The notes under the pieces were generated by a model. That model was not told the DNA's origin, searched no databases, and saw only the letters and a program-made list of their open reading frames with translations. A stretch of 64,000 nucleotides of DNA, from contig NIVC01002447.1 in assembly GCA_002269645.1 (NCBI GenBank), positions 1 through 64,000 of the forward strand, given 5' to 3'. Origin of the DNA: Macrostomum lignano (Eukaryota). This document shows, piece by piece, positions 46,401 to 58,700 of this stretch (position 1 is its first letter; each line of letters opens with the position of its first letter). The position numbers were made by a program, and so were the translations under genes.

Positions 46401-49280
46401 ACACTGCTATGCTGATCCATGTGACACTGCTATGCTGATCCCTGTGACACTGCTATGCTGATCCATGTGACACTGCTATGCTGATCCCTGTGACACTGCT
46501 ATGCTGATCCATATGACACTGCTATGCTGATCTGTGTGACACTGCTATGCTGATCTGTGTGACACTGCTATGCTGATCTGTGTGACACTGCTATGCTGAT
46601 CCATGTGACACTGCTATGCTGATCTATGTGACACTGCTATGCTGATCCATGTGACACTGCTATGCTGATCCACGTGACACTGCTATGCTGATCCCTGTGA
46701 CACTGCTATGCTGATCCATGTGACACTGCTATGCTGATCTGTGTGACACTGCTATGCTGATCCATGTGACACTGCTATGCTGATCCATGTGACACTGCTA
46801 TGCTGATCTGTGTGACACTGCTATGCTGATCCATGTGACACTGCTATGCTGATCCATGTGACACTGCTATGCTGATCTGTGTGACACTGCTATGCTGATC
46901 CATGTGACACTGCTATGCTGATCCATGTGACACTGCTATGCTGATCCATGTGACACTGCTATGCTGATCCATGTGACACTGCTATGCTGATCTGTGTGAC
47001 ACTGCTATGCTGATCCATGTGACACTGTTATACTGATCCATGTGACACTGCTATGCTGATCTGTGTGACACTGCTATGCTGATCCATGTGACACTGCTAT
47101 GCTGATCCATGTGACACTGCTATGCTGATCCATGTGACACTGCTATGCTGATCCATGTGACACTGCTATGCTGATCTGTGTGACACTGCTATGCTGATCC
47201 ATGTGACACTGTTATACTGATCCATGTGACACTGCTATGCTGATCCCTGTGACACTGCTATGCTGATCCATGTGACACTGCTATGCTGATCCCTGTGACA
47301 CTGCTATGCTGATCCATGTGACACTGCTATGCTGATCCCTGTGACACTGCTATGCTGATCTGTGTGACACTGCTATGCTGATCCATGTGACACTGCTATG
47401 CTGATCCATATGACACTGCTATGCTGATCCATGTGACACTGCTATGCTGATCTATGTGACACTGCTATGCTGATCCATGTGACACTGCTATGCTGATCCA
47501 TGTGACACTGCTATGCTGATCTGTGTGACACTGCTATGCTGATCCATGTGACACTGTTATGCGGATCCCTGTGACACTGCTATGCTGATCCATGTGACAC
47601 TGCTATGCTGATCCATGTGACACTGCTATGCTGATCCATGTGACACTGCTATGCTGATCCATGTGACACTGCTATGCTGATCCATATGACACTGCTATGC
47701 TGATCCATGTGACACTGCTATGCTGATCCATGTGACACTGCTATGCTGATCCATGTGACACTGCTATGCTGATCCATGTGACACTGCTATGCTGATCCCT
47801 GTGACACTGCTATGCTGATCCATGTGACACTGCTATGCTGATCCATGTGACACTGCTATGCTGATCTATGTGACACTGCTATGCTGATCCATGTGACACT
47901 GCTATGCTGATCCACGTGACACTGCTATGCTGATCCCTGTGACACTGCTATGCTGATCCATGTGACACTGCTATGCTGATCTGTGTGACACTGCTATGCT
48001 GATCCATGTGACACTGCTATGCTGATCCATGTGACACTGCTATGCTGATCTATGTGACACTGCTATGCTGATCCATGTGACACTGCTATGCTGATCCATG
48101 TGACACTGCTATGCTGATCTGTGTGACACTGCTATGCTGATCCATGTGACACCGCTATGCTGATCTGTGTGACACTGCTATGCTGATCTGTGTGACACTG
48201 CTATGCTGATCCATGTGACACTGCTATGCTGATCTGTGTGACACTGCTATGCTGATCCATGTGACACTGCTATGCTGATCCATGTGACACTGCTATGCTG
48301 ATCTGTGTGACACTGCTATGCTGATCCATGTGACACTGCTATGCTGATCCATGTGACACTGCTATGCTGATCCATGTGACACTGCTATGCTGATCCATGT
48401 GACACTGCTATGCTGATCTGTGTGACACTGCTATGCTGATCCATGTGACACTGTTATACTGATCCATGTGACACTGCTATGCTGATCCCTGTGACACTGC
48501 TATGCTGATCCCTGTGACACTGCTATGCTGATCCCTGTGACACTGCTATGCTGATCCATGTGACACTGCTATGCTGATCCCTGTGACACTGCTATGCTGA
48601 TCTGTGTGACACTGCTATGCTGATCCATGTGACACTGCTATGCTGATCCCTGTGACACTGTTATGCTGATCTGTGTGACACTGCTATGCTGATCTGTGTG
48701 ACACTGCTATGCTGATCCATGTGACACTGCTATGCTGATCCATGTGACACTGCTATGCTGATCCATGTGACACTGCTATGCTGATCTGTGTGACACTGCT
48801 ATGCTGATCTGTGTGACACTGCTATGCTGATCTGTGTGACACTGTTATGCTGATCTGTGTGACACTGCTATGCTGATCCATGTGACACTGCTATGCTGAT
48901 CCATGTGACACTGCTATGCTGATCTGTATGACACTGCTATGCTGATCTGTGTGACACTGCTATGCTGATCTGTGTGACACTGTTATGCTCACCTTCTGAG
49001 GCTGCAAGAACACGAGCCAGTTGCACTTATTTACATCAGTCAGATCAAAATATTGCAATCCCCGAGCTGTCAGCAGTGGCACAAGAAACTGTCCTGTGCA
49101 ATGTTGGTCAACCAGAGGAGCCTCCAGTGGGCCAAGCACTGCACCACGGGGCACAGGCTTGCGGGCAAACAGCCCAAGACAGCGAGGGTGAATGTGCGAC
49201 TGGGCCACAATGAACTGCTCTCTGGGAAGGCTTTTCATTGCCTGAGATGATCCAGTCCCTTTCAGACAGGCTGGTGGCAT
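37407..49280 (-). CDS. PRDM10: PRDM10-like protein, right copy, intact ORF; exons 49280-48993, 43149-42802, 42125-41598, 40716-40493, 40183-39550, 38270-37407
   Basis: Same exon structure as the left copy. The last exon is uninterrupted (..DSNPASGSS..CPHCPRQYAKKEKLTWHMRQAH..GPQC*). Additional 5' exons cannot be excluded. Confidence 0.88.
38285..39425. repeat. 14-bp minisatellite, ~80 units, right copy intron 5
   Basis: Direct; marked by internal tagggtacgtcaag and gatgttgggg variants, unlike the left copy. Confidence 0.97.
40795..41565. repeat. 34-bp minisatellite, ~23 units, right copy intron 3
   Basis: Direct. Confidence 0.97.
43223..48988. repeat. 23-bp minisatellite, ~250 units, with a 62-unit (1426-bp) higher-order period, right copy intron 1
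   Basis: Rare variants recur 1426 bp apart: gaacc 43539/44965, cacc 43711/45137, ttattctg 44061/45487, gcggatccc 44709/46135/47561. Confidence 0.97.
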
Positions 49281-49723
49281 GGCCAAAGCTGCAGACTGCA
49301 AATTCTGTATGCAAGCAGCATATAAAAAGTAACAAAAGATTAATTATGTTCAAATAAAATGTGATAAATGTTTTTTTATTAAATCTAATCTTTTACCTAT
49401 ATTTTTATTAGCCTTGGCATATATGGCCTGGCATCAAAACCACTAGAAAAAAATGATTCAGTATAAATGGTCTAGCACAAAAAGAATCACTTATATTTTA
49501 GGCATAATTGTATTTCATTTGAAAAGTAGAAAATTTGAATAGCAACATGTCTATCATTGTATTTATCATTAAAAAGTAGAATGTAACTTCCAAAAATCCT
49601 GCCATAACCTGACAAATTGTACATTATTTTCTTTTTATTCTGGTAGAGTAACTCACTTAATAAATAGGAATAAAACGAATAAGAGAACAAACATTAAGTT
49701 GTTTTTATTTACTTTAATTTAAT

Positions 49724-49763
49724 TGCCAATGCATTTTTACCCTTGTAGGTCATCGTCAGGGCA
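49724..49763 (-). ncRNA. Decayed minimal type-I hammerhead ribozyme (duplicated at 37124-37163)
   Basis: tgcc CTGACGA tgacc-tacaag-ggta AAAA TGCA TT ggca: stem I tgcc/ggca, core CUGANGA, stem II, palindromic stem III. The catalytic GAAA reads AAAA. Confidence 0.65.
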
Positions 49764-50700
49764 GTAATGAAATTGAAAAGTTTAATAAACAGTTGAATAA
49801 ATGTGCCTATAATATAGTGAATACACAATATAAATTCGTGTACGTAGTTTTCAATTGAAACAAGTTCTAACACACAGTGCAGTAATGTATACTCCAAGCT
49901 AAAACATGCTGAGTACGCGGCTGGCACCCCCCCCCCCCCCATAGCTAGCTGGCAGTTTAGGCTTAGGTTCTGATCTTTGATGTACATAGCCTCTAAGATT
50001 GTTCAAAGTGTGCTCATGGTGGCAAAAATAGATAATCTTAAATAAATCAATTGGTTTGCTATTACAGCATGAGTTGCATGTGAGAAGGTGCTCCTGTACA
50101 GCAGATCTTTTGGTCCAGTGCTCCTTGACCCTAGTGTACAAGTGTTGCTTAATTTTTCTAATGTACAAAATACTCTAGTCACTAGAGCAGTGAAATTTAT
50201 AAACAACACCTACATTGAGAGGCCAAGGCACATGGGACTTCAAGTTGCAGACATACTGGGACACTGTGCTCGATTGAGTTTGTAGAGAAAATACTAAGAC
50301 TAAACTATGAGATATTTAAATTAGAGTTAAATTGAATCTAAGATAAGCTAGTAAGTAGGCGCAGGGCCCAAACAAGTATATTTATATGACTAATTTAGAC
50401 TCCAGATAATAAGGAGAGGGGTGAAGTGCGCGACTGAAGAGATAGGCAAGAATGGAGAGCCAATCAGAAGGCAGCAAGGGAGAAAGAGATAAGAATAACA
50501 AGATTAAGCTAGACAGAGAGAGAGAAAACAGAGTAAACAGAGAAAATGAAGGTGAACTAAGAAATGACTAGGAAAGTTGCAATAGAGTTCAAGAAAAAAA
50601 GTGAAAAAAAACTGTTCAAAAAAGCCTCAACATGCAGCTTAGGACCACATTCCGCATGGAAGTGTCCCAGGAAATTGGTGGTAATTTTCAATTTCATTAC

Positions 50701-50740
50701 TGCCCTGACAATGACTTACAAGGGTCAAAATGCATTGGTA
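50701..50740 (+). ncRNA. Second decayed minimal hammerhead ribozyme, inverted copy
   Basis: tgcc CTGACAA tgact-tacaag-ggtc AAAA TGCA TT ggta; both core changes are CG->CA type. Confidence 0.55.
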
Positions 50741-52032
50741 ATTAAATATAAGTAAATGAAAACAAGTTAATACTTGTTCTCTCATTCATTTCTTTTTTAT
50801 ATATTTAATCATTTTATTTTTTACATAGAAATGAAAGAATTCAACTTCATTAACAGAAAAAACTCCTATATAAAGCTATATTATCATTGTCAGTTTTTCT
50901 GTAACATTCAAATATAGCTGCTACCCTCTAGGCCTATCCCTGTTCATTATGTTAGGTATATAATATAAGTGATAAGCCTCATATAAGACTGGCACAAAAT
51001 GATAGTAGTTTATCAATTTTCTTGCAGCAAAAGCTTAAAAATAAAACCAACTATGGATTTATTAATGTAGATACTTAGTATACAAGTTGCATCTCATTTT
51101 ATAAGACTTATAAGATAAAAATAGAAAGTTGACAATCTAACTACCAAATAGTTACTTTGACAACTACTAATAATCCTGGATAAAAGTCTTGCTTAGGGGA
51201 AAGAAAATGCACATGCATATTCTTGGATGGCATACAAATATGTATTATATTAGCTAAAAATAACCATGTTGTATACAAGTAAAAGTCAAAGCCTATGATT
51301 TGGCAACAAAAAGCTTTTTGCCTAAGAATGCACAAATATAATATGCTTAGGCATATAGCTTTAAAGTGCCTGCAAGTAGGCCTTTTTAGCATGCACAAAT
51401 ATGTAACTACTTTTGTCTAAGAATTCTATCCTGGCTGACAAGTGACTAATGTCTAATTAGTATCAAGGTGAAAATATTAAAGACTAAAATATTTATATTC
51501 AATATTATTAGGGCCTAATATTCATAATAATATTCAATATCTGGTATTTGAATCAGTTCTGTTCAATATTTGAATCAAGTCAACTAAAATATTCATTTTA
51601 TTTAATCTTTATAGCAGATACAATTTTTATGCTATAAAATTCAAAGAAAAATGCCACCTTGCTGACTATGGCATGATATGCATTCATTGCATATGCACTG
51701 TACACAGTAAAATAATAGGCCAATGTCATATTATATAATATATATTATAAAATAGAATATAAATCATGACTAGGCTGAGGGCCTAGGCCAAAAATTGCAT
51801 GTTGATATAGATAATCATATTCAATATTGGACCTTGAAAAATCTTGGAATGATCAGGTAAGAGATAAATAGAATAAATTCGTCACAAGTAGAATGACAAA
51901 AAATAAAAACTTTTGCCAGAATGGGCCCAGCCAGGAACTGGAGCTGGGGGACAAGATTCTCGACATCGACATCTCTGATCTCTCAGTAGTCTAATATCTA
52001 AATCGGGTAGTCTTATAACAGTCCAGAACATG

Positions 52033-52209
52033 CTTGGGCGCAACCTAGGGATTCACCCGGCCGTTTCTATTGGCAACACACACATGTAAGTCGCTATTGG
52101 ATGGAATAGTAGTCACGTCACTGCTCTCAGCCAATAGCGACTTACATGTGTGTGTTGCAGTGTTGCCAATAGAAACGGCCGACGCCGAGTGATTCCAAGG
52201 TTGCGCAAG
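52033..52209. other. ~175-bp nested palindrome (fold-back element) with four CCAAT/ATTGG boxes
   Basis: Arms cggccgtttctattggcaacacacacatgtaagtcgctattgg (52058-52100) and ccaatagcgacttacatgtgtgtgttgc..gttgccaatagaaacggccg (52131-52181). Outer arms gcgcaacc..attcac and gtgatt..ggttgcgc. Confidence 0.85.
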
Positions 52210-52781
52210 CAAGCGGGTCATTGAAATGGAGCTTAAATATTTATTTTCTTAACAGAACTAGGCCCTAGGACTTCTATGACAGATAACAAGAAAATGAAAG
52301 CAAAAAACTTCGGAGGGATTAAAAGCAAAGAACTTGATTCCTTATGCATTAGCATTACACTCTTCGAAGAAGGTGTGTTCGAAGAAAATTGCTAGTTTAA
52401 AATATTTAAATGACTATAACGAATTTTTTGTGTTGATAAAAGCTAAAAAAAATGTTATCGCCGCATACCACTAGTATAAAATGAACAAAAAGCTCCTCTT
52501 ATTGCTCTAAGTAAGTTATGTATGTTGATACAGACTAAATAAACGTTTATGAAGTTGAACTCATACTCAATAATTGGTCAATTAAGTTTTATTCTATCCT
52601 GCTGCACTCTGACTCTGGCAAGCAACTAAAAGACTGGAAATAGAAATCAGAAATTTTGTGTTTTAATAATCCTATTATTTACTTGCATTTCATTTCTGCG
52701 ATAGCTATATAAGTCTGAGTCGTAAATTCGTAGGCCTAATTAAAATTTTTATTATTTTAGACTTTAGTTTAGTTGTAACAA

Positions 52782-55700
52782 ATGACTCAACAATCGCTGG
52801 ATGCTCTTTATAATGACTTTGATAAACTTTACAAAGATTTTTCTAGCTACAAGTCTAACTTCGATTCTGATCTAAATCAGCTACTTGAAGAGTGTCAAGC
52901 ATTTCTGTCAAAATCTGCTGCAATTGATGGTAAGTAAATTGAGAATCAAGTTAATCTTAATTAATTGTTATAGGCCCCTACTTTTATAATAATATAGTAG
53001 GCCTAGTTTGCCTTAGTTCTAATAGCAAGTATCTAGGCCCAGGCCCAAATTTTTGGTCCTTAGATAGTTTATGTAAACCTAGCAGAACTAAATAATTTGA
53101 ATGAACTTGTATAAAGAATATAGGATATTAGTTAGGCCCTATTTATTAATTTAATTTTATCTTCTAGCATTTAGTTTTTATGAGTGGAACTCCTCTAGAG
53201 AAGAAAGGGGAAGAACTCCCATCACTGGAATTCTATTCCTTGGAATCCATCAGCTGAAATTCTATGATTTGAATCCCATTGTCCATATCCTTTATAAAGC
53301 CTTTTAAATACCTGTGCTAGGGGTTGCAAAATCCCCTCTTTTTAATCCCAGGATCCCAATATTTAAAAACAAAAAATCCTAGGATCCCAGGATTGACTTT
53401 GGGATTAGAGATTTCCTCCTAGTTTACCTTGATTATGTCATAAATTCTGATTTTGGTACAAAACAAGCATCCTATTTGTGCATTTTCACACGTTTTTAAC
53501 ACCATTTAGCTTGCTCGTTGCTCATAATTGTTATTATTAACATAAATATGTTAGCGACTTTAGCTTTCATTGCATAGCAATAGCACTATATTGCTACCAC
53601 ATCATATATTTAGTGTTCTGAGTTGAGTTCAGAGTCTTCATAGGAGTTGCATCATACAATTAGGCCTAAATCATATCTATTAAGCATCAAGTAACTTATT
53701 GATCTTCTAAGTTCCACTTTGATCTAAATGACAAGAGAAACAAGAACTTGGGGTAAACAAAACACAACTAGGAAAGAGGCCTTCAGTGGCCCAGCCTTAT
53801 CTTGCAGCCATCCACCTTCCAGGTCTCCCTGCACCTACCACCTCATACAAAGGCAGAGCAGATTGTTAAAGTCAATAAAGTGTATATACACTATGGTATA
53901 CATATATACACAAAGCTCTCATTCCTCTCTAGCCTATCTAGCCAAACCCAATCATATACCCAGAGCCCAGACCCCACCCCAACCTATCTTAGCAAGTTTC
54001 ATTTCTCTCCCTATCCCAAGAGCCAGGGTCTGCCTACTAGTGCTGCCTCTAAGTCTGACCAATGATTGCAATTGGAGTTTGTTTTATCCATACTGTCTTT
54101 CTTGACTGACTATACAATACACAGTGCACAGCACAGTGCACATGCATATGTACTATACCATCATAAATTAATCATAATATCTTAATTTTTACTATTTCAG
54201 TAACTCAGTTTCTACTTTTCACATTTCAATATTTAAATCCCAAATCCAAACATAATCCCGACTTTTAATCCTAGGATCCCATAATCAAAAAATGTCTAAA
54301 TCCCAGGATTTTGGGATCCCGGAATCCTGGGTTTGTGACCTCTACCTGTGCCCTGCACTCTCATTTTTATCCTCTTTTTTCTCCTTACTAATTTCTCCTC
54401 TCCACTCTTTCATCTCTCATCTCTGATCTTTCATCACTCTATTCTCTCCTCTCTCCCTTCTCTTGCTTCTCTCTCCTCTATTCCTTCTCTTCTCATTTCT
54501 CTCTCTTCTCTACTCCCTTATTTATCTTTTCTCCTTCGTAAACACATGCAGGTACAAATGTGTTTTGTTGTTCTTTCTTTAAAGTTTGTTCGCACATTCT
54601 TTTGGAGCATATCAATCAATACATATTATATTATTCTCACTTGTTACTGAAGTGGCTGTTACCAAAGTGGTCATTTTTTGTTACCAAAGTGGCTGTTACC
54701 AAAATGGCTGTTATCCAAGTGGATTGTTAGCCAATATATTACTAACTGATTTTCTAATCAGTTAAATAGCTATAATTGAGAATTGATTAAGATGCAATAG
54801 CTTATCACTTTTTTATCAATCTGTTACAAATTGGTAATGACCAACTAGAAGTCAATCCTAATGTTAGGCTCTTATCAATTGTAACTGCTATATAGGAGCT
54901 CAAAGCTTAAGTTTACTTTTTGCATAGATTTTTTGACATTGAATATTAGAAAGCTACAAGAATGATGCAAGTATGAATTTTGATTTAAGAATGCATGCAA
55001 AATAGTTCTGGGGATTAAAATTCAGCAGAAGCAAAATCCATAAGTTTCAGCAACTTTTAACTATAATATAAATAACTTTAATTGCTAATTATAATCTAGA
55101 AGTTCTTTGTTAGATGCTAGTCTATCTTCTCAATGTTAATCATAGTCTGGCATTAGAAAACTGTGGGCTTGTGGGGTTGTCATGCAATTCATAGCCATGC
55201 AATTAGAAATTTGGAGCCAATGAGAACCTTGTGACTCGTGAGTGTGTATGGGTGCTTGCCTGTATATAGTTTGTTATTTTTTAGGGATGTTAGTAGTTAG
55301 TGCATATCACTCCTTTAAAGAGAACTCCATGTCATATCTGGCAAGTTGAAAAGCTCACAAGTTGCAATATGTTGGCAAGCAGGTGCAAATTGCTTACAGA
55401 TCAAAATAGCAACTTCAACCCAACCTTGTGCATTCTAAATGCATGTTTTTGGACTCGCAATCTTGCAGAGTCTGGCGGTGATGGCAGTGTGGAGCCCAGC
55501 ACCCGCCTGCGCCTGCAGCAGCTGCACCAGCGGCTCAAGAAGCGACTCTCTGAGGCCAGCAAGCGCCACAGGGAGCTGCACGCCCCGCTGTCTAAGATGG
55601 GCAAATTAATTGACAAGTCCTTTGTCACCGAGCTGCCCGAATCGCTTTCGTCAGCTCAGCTGGAGTCCGATGCTGAGAAGCTGCAGGTAACTAAGGCGGA

Positions 55701-58700
55701 TTAGGTGTCAGCTGTTTGATGGATTATCTCTGAGCTGAGTATGACGGATTATGGCTGAGTGAGATGGATTATCTCTGAGTTAAGCATGACGGATTATCTC
55801 TGAGTTAGCATGGCGGATTATCTCTGAGTTAAGCATGGCGGATTATCTGAGTTAAGCAAGACGGATTATCTAAAAAGTTGTGAATGACTAATCCCCGCCA
55901 GGTGCTCAACACTGCCATCTGCGAGCACCTGATCCGGGAGGGCTCCATGGAGGTGGCGCAGGAGCTGATCAGGGAGGCTGGCCTGGCTTATGAGGAGTCG
56001 CACCTGCCCGCCTACGCCGAGCTTAACCACGTGGTGGAGGCCCTGGCCAAGCGGCAGCTGGAGCCGGCGCTGCAGTGGCTGCAGGACAACCAGAAGTCAC
56101 TCAGCAGCGAGGAGACTGGCCGCTACCTGGAGTTCCTCATCAGGCGCCTGCAGCTGGTGCAGCTCGTGTCCAGCGAGGACGCCAAGCCGGAGGCCATCCT
56201 GCAGCAGGCCCGCCTGCTGGCCGCCTTCTCGCCAGCCTGCGATGCCGACATTCGTCGCCTGATGGGCTCGCTGGCCTTCGTGCGGCGTAGCCTGCACAGC
56301 TCGCCGTACAAGGTTGGCGCTGGGGTCGGCTTAGGGGGGGGGCTTGATGGCTCCCGTCATTCATTGGTCCTGGATTCAACTATCTAGTCCCAGGAGTTGG
56401 AATCCTATGATTGAAAATTTCACGTATGCGATTTCGGATCCCAGGGGTAAGAGTTCAAATCCCAGGTGTACGATTTCGGATCCCAGGCAGATAAGCCTGA
56501 AACTTAAAAAATCTAAGATTTTAAATCCTAATTCTAAGAGCTCGATTCCCTAATACGAATTCGAATCCCCAAACCACAGTCCCAGAGTTCGAATCCCCAA
56601 AACCACAGTCCCAGAGTTCGAATCCCCAAACCACAGTCCCAGAGTTCGAATCCCCAAACCACAGTCCCAGAGTTCGAATCCCCAAACCACAGTCCCAGAG
56701 TTCGAATCCCCAAGCCACAGTCCCAGAGTTCGAATCCCCAAGCCACATTCCCAGAGTTCGAATCCCCAAACCACATTCCAGAGTTCGAATCCCCAAGCCA
56801 CAGTCCCAGAGTTCGAATCCCCAAACCACAGTCCCAGAGTTCGAATCCCCAAACCACAGTCCCAGAGCTCGAATCCCCAAACCGCAGGACCTGTTCGAGT
56901 CCCGCCTGTACCACGAGCTGTCCCAGCTGCTGGTGTCGAGGCCAACAAGATGCTGGGCTTCGCCAAGGACCTGCCACTCTCCGTGGCCATCAACGCCGGC
57001 TGCGCCGCCCTGCCGCCTCTGCTGAACATCCAGACGGTGATGAACCAGCGGAACCTCGGCGCCGCCATCACCGGCGAGCTGCCAATCGACATCGACTTGG
57101 GCGACGAGCTGCGCTTTCACAGCGTCTTCGCCTGCCCGATCCTGCGGGCCCAGACCTCCGATGCCAACCCGCCTGTGCGGCTGGTCTGCGGCCACGCCAT
57201 CTCCAGGGATGCCGTTGCCAAGCTGGCGAATGCGTCATCTAAGTGCGTGGGGTTTGGAGATTTTGCTGTGTGGGATTTGGGGAATTTTATTGTGTGGGAT
57301 TTGGGGATTGTGCTGTGTGGGATTTAGGGATTTTGGTATGTGGGATTTGGGGATTGTGCTGTGTGGGATTTGAGGATTTTGGTGTGTGGGATTTGGGGAT
57401 TTTTGTGTGTGGGATTTGGGGATTTGGGATTTTGGTGTGTGGGATTTGGAGATTTTTGTTGTGTGGGATTTGGGGATTGTGCTGTGTGGGATTTGGGGAT
57501 TTTGGTGTGTGGGATTTAGGGATTTTGGTGTGTGGGATTTGGGTATTTTGCTGTGTGGGATTTAGGGTTTTTTTGTTGTGTGGGATTTGGGGATTTAGTT
57601 GTGTGGGATTCGGGGATTTTTGTTGTGTGGGATTTGGGGATTGCGGTGTGTGGGATTTAGGGATTTTGTTGTGTGGGATTTTGGGATTTAGTTGTGTGGG
57701 ATTTGGGGATTTTGCTGTGTGGGATTTAGGGATTTAGTTGTGTTGGATTTGGGGATTTTGTTGTGTGGGATTTGGGGATTTAGTTGTGTGGGATTTTGGG
57801 ATTTAGTTGTGTGGGATTTGGGGATTGCGGTGTGTGGGATTTAGGGATTTTGTTGTGTGGGATTTTGGGATTTAGTTGTGTGGGATTTGGGATTTTGCTG
57901 TGTGGGATTTAGGGATTTAGTTGTGTTGGATTTGGGGATTTTGTTGTGTGGGATTTGGGGATTTAGTTGTGTGGGATTTTGGGATTTAGTTGTGTGGGAT
58001 TTGGGTATTTAGCTATGTGGGATTTGGGGATTGTGCTGTGTGAGTTAGGGATTTTTGTTGTGTGGGATTTGGGGATTGTGGTGTGTGGGATTTGGGGATT
58101 GTTGTGTGGGATTTAGGGATTTTTGTTGTGTGGGATTTTGGGATTTAGTTGTGTGGGATTTGGGGATTTTGCTGTGTGGGATTTAGGGATTTAGTTGTGT
58201 TGGATTTGGGGATTTTGTTGTGTGGGATTTGGGACTTAGTTGTGTGGGATTTTGGGATTTAGTTGTGTGGGATTTGGGTATTTAGCTATGTGGGATTTGG
58301 GGATTGTGCTGTGTGAGAGTTAGGGATTTTTGTTGTGTGGGATTTGAAGATTTGCTTGTGTGGGATTTAAGGATTTTTGTTGTGTGGGATTTGAAGATTT
58401 GGTTGTGTGGGATTAGGGTTTTGTTGTGTGGGTTGGGATTTTGCTGGTGTGGATTTGTGATTTTGTGGTGTGGGGATTTTGTTGAGTGGGATTTGGGGAT
58501 TTTGTTGTGTGGGATTTTGGAATCGTGTTGTGTGGGATTTTGGAATCGTGTTGTGTGGGATCTAGGGATTTTTGTTGTGTGGGATTTGAGAATTGTGTTG
58601 TGTGGGATTTTTAAAGCTACAACCCGCAGTCCGCCCCGCAGGTTCAAGTGCCCGTACTGCCCGATGGAGATGGAGACCTCGCAGTGCAGGACATTTACTT

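Larger units (their letters stand above)
49660..50810 (-). mobile_element. Penelope-like retroelement relic: GIY-YIG endonuclease end plus terminal repeat, with an inverted copy of the repeat at 50686-50810
   Basis: Minus strand ~50245-49940: LKSHVPWPLNVGVVYKFHCSSD*SILYIRKIKQHLYTRVKEH..SAVQEHLLTC..FKII.., then (frameshift) LEAMYIKDQNLSLNCQ. This is the typical PLE GIY-YIG pattern. 49660-49790 is alignable in inverted orientation to 50686-50810. Confidence 0.82.
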
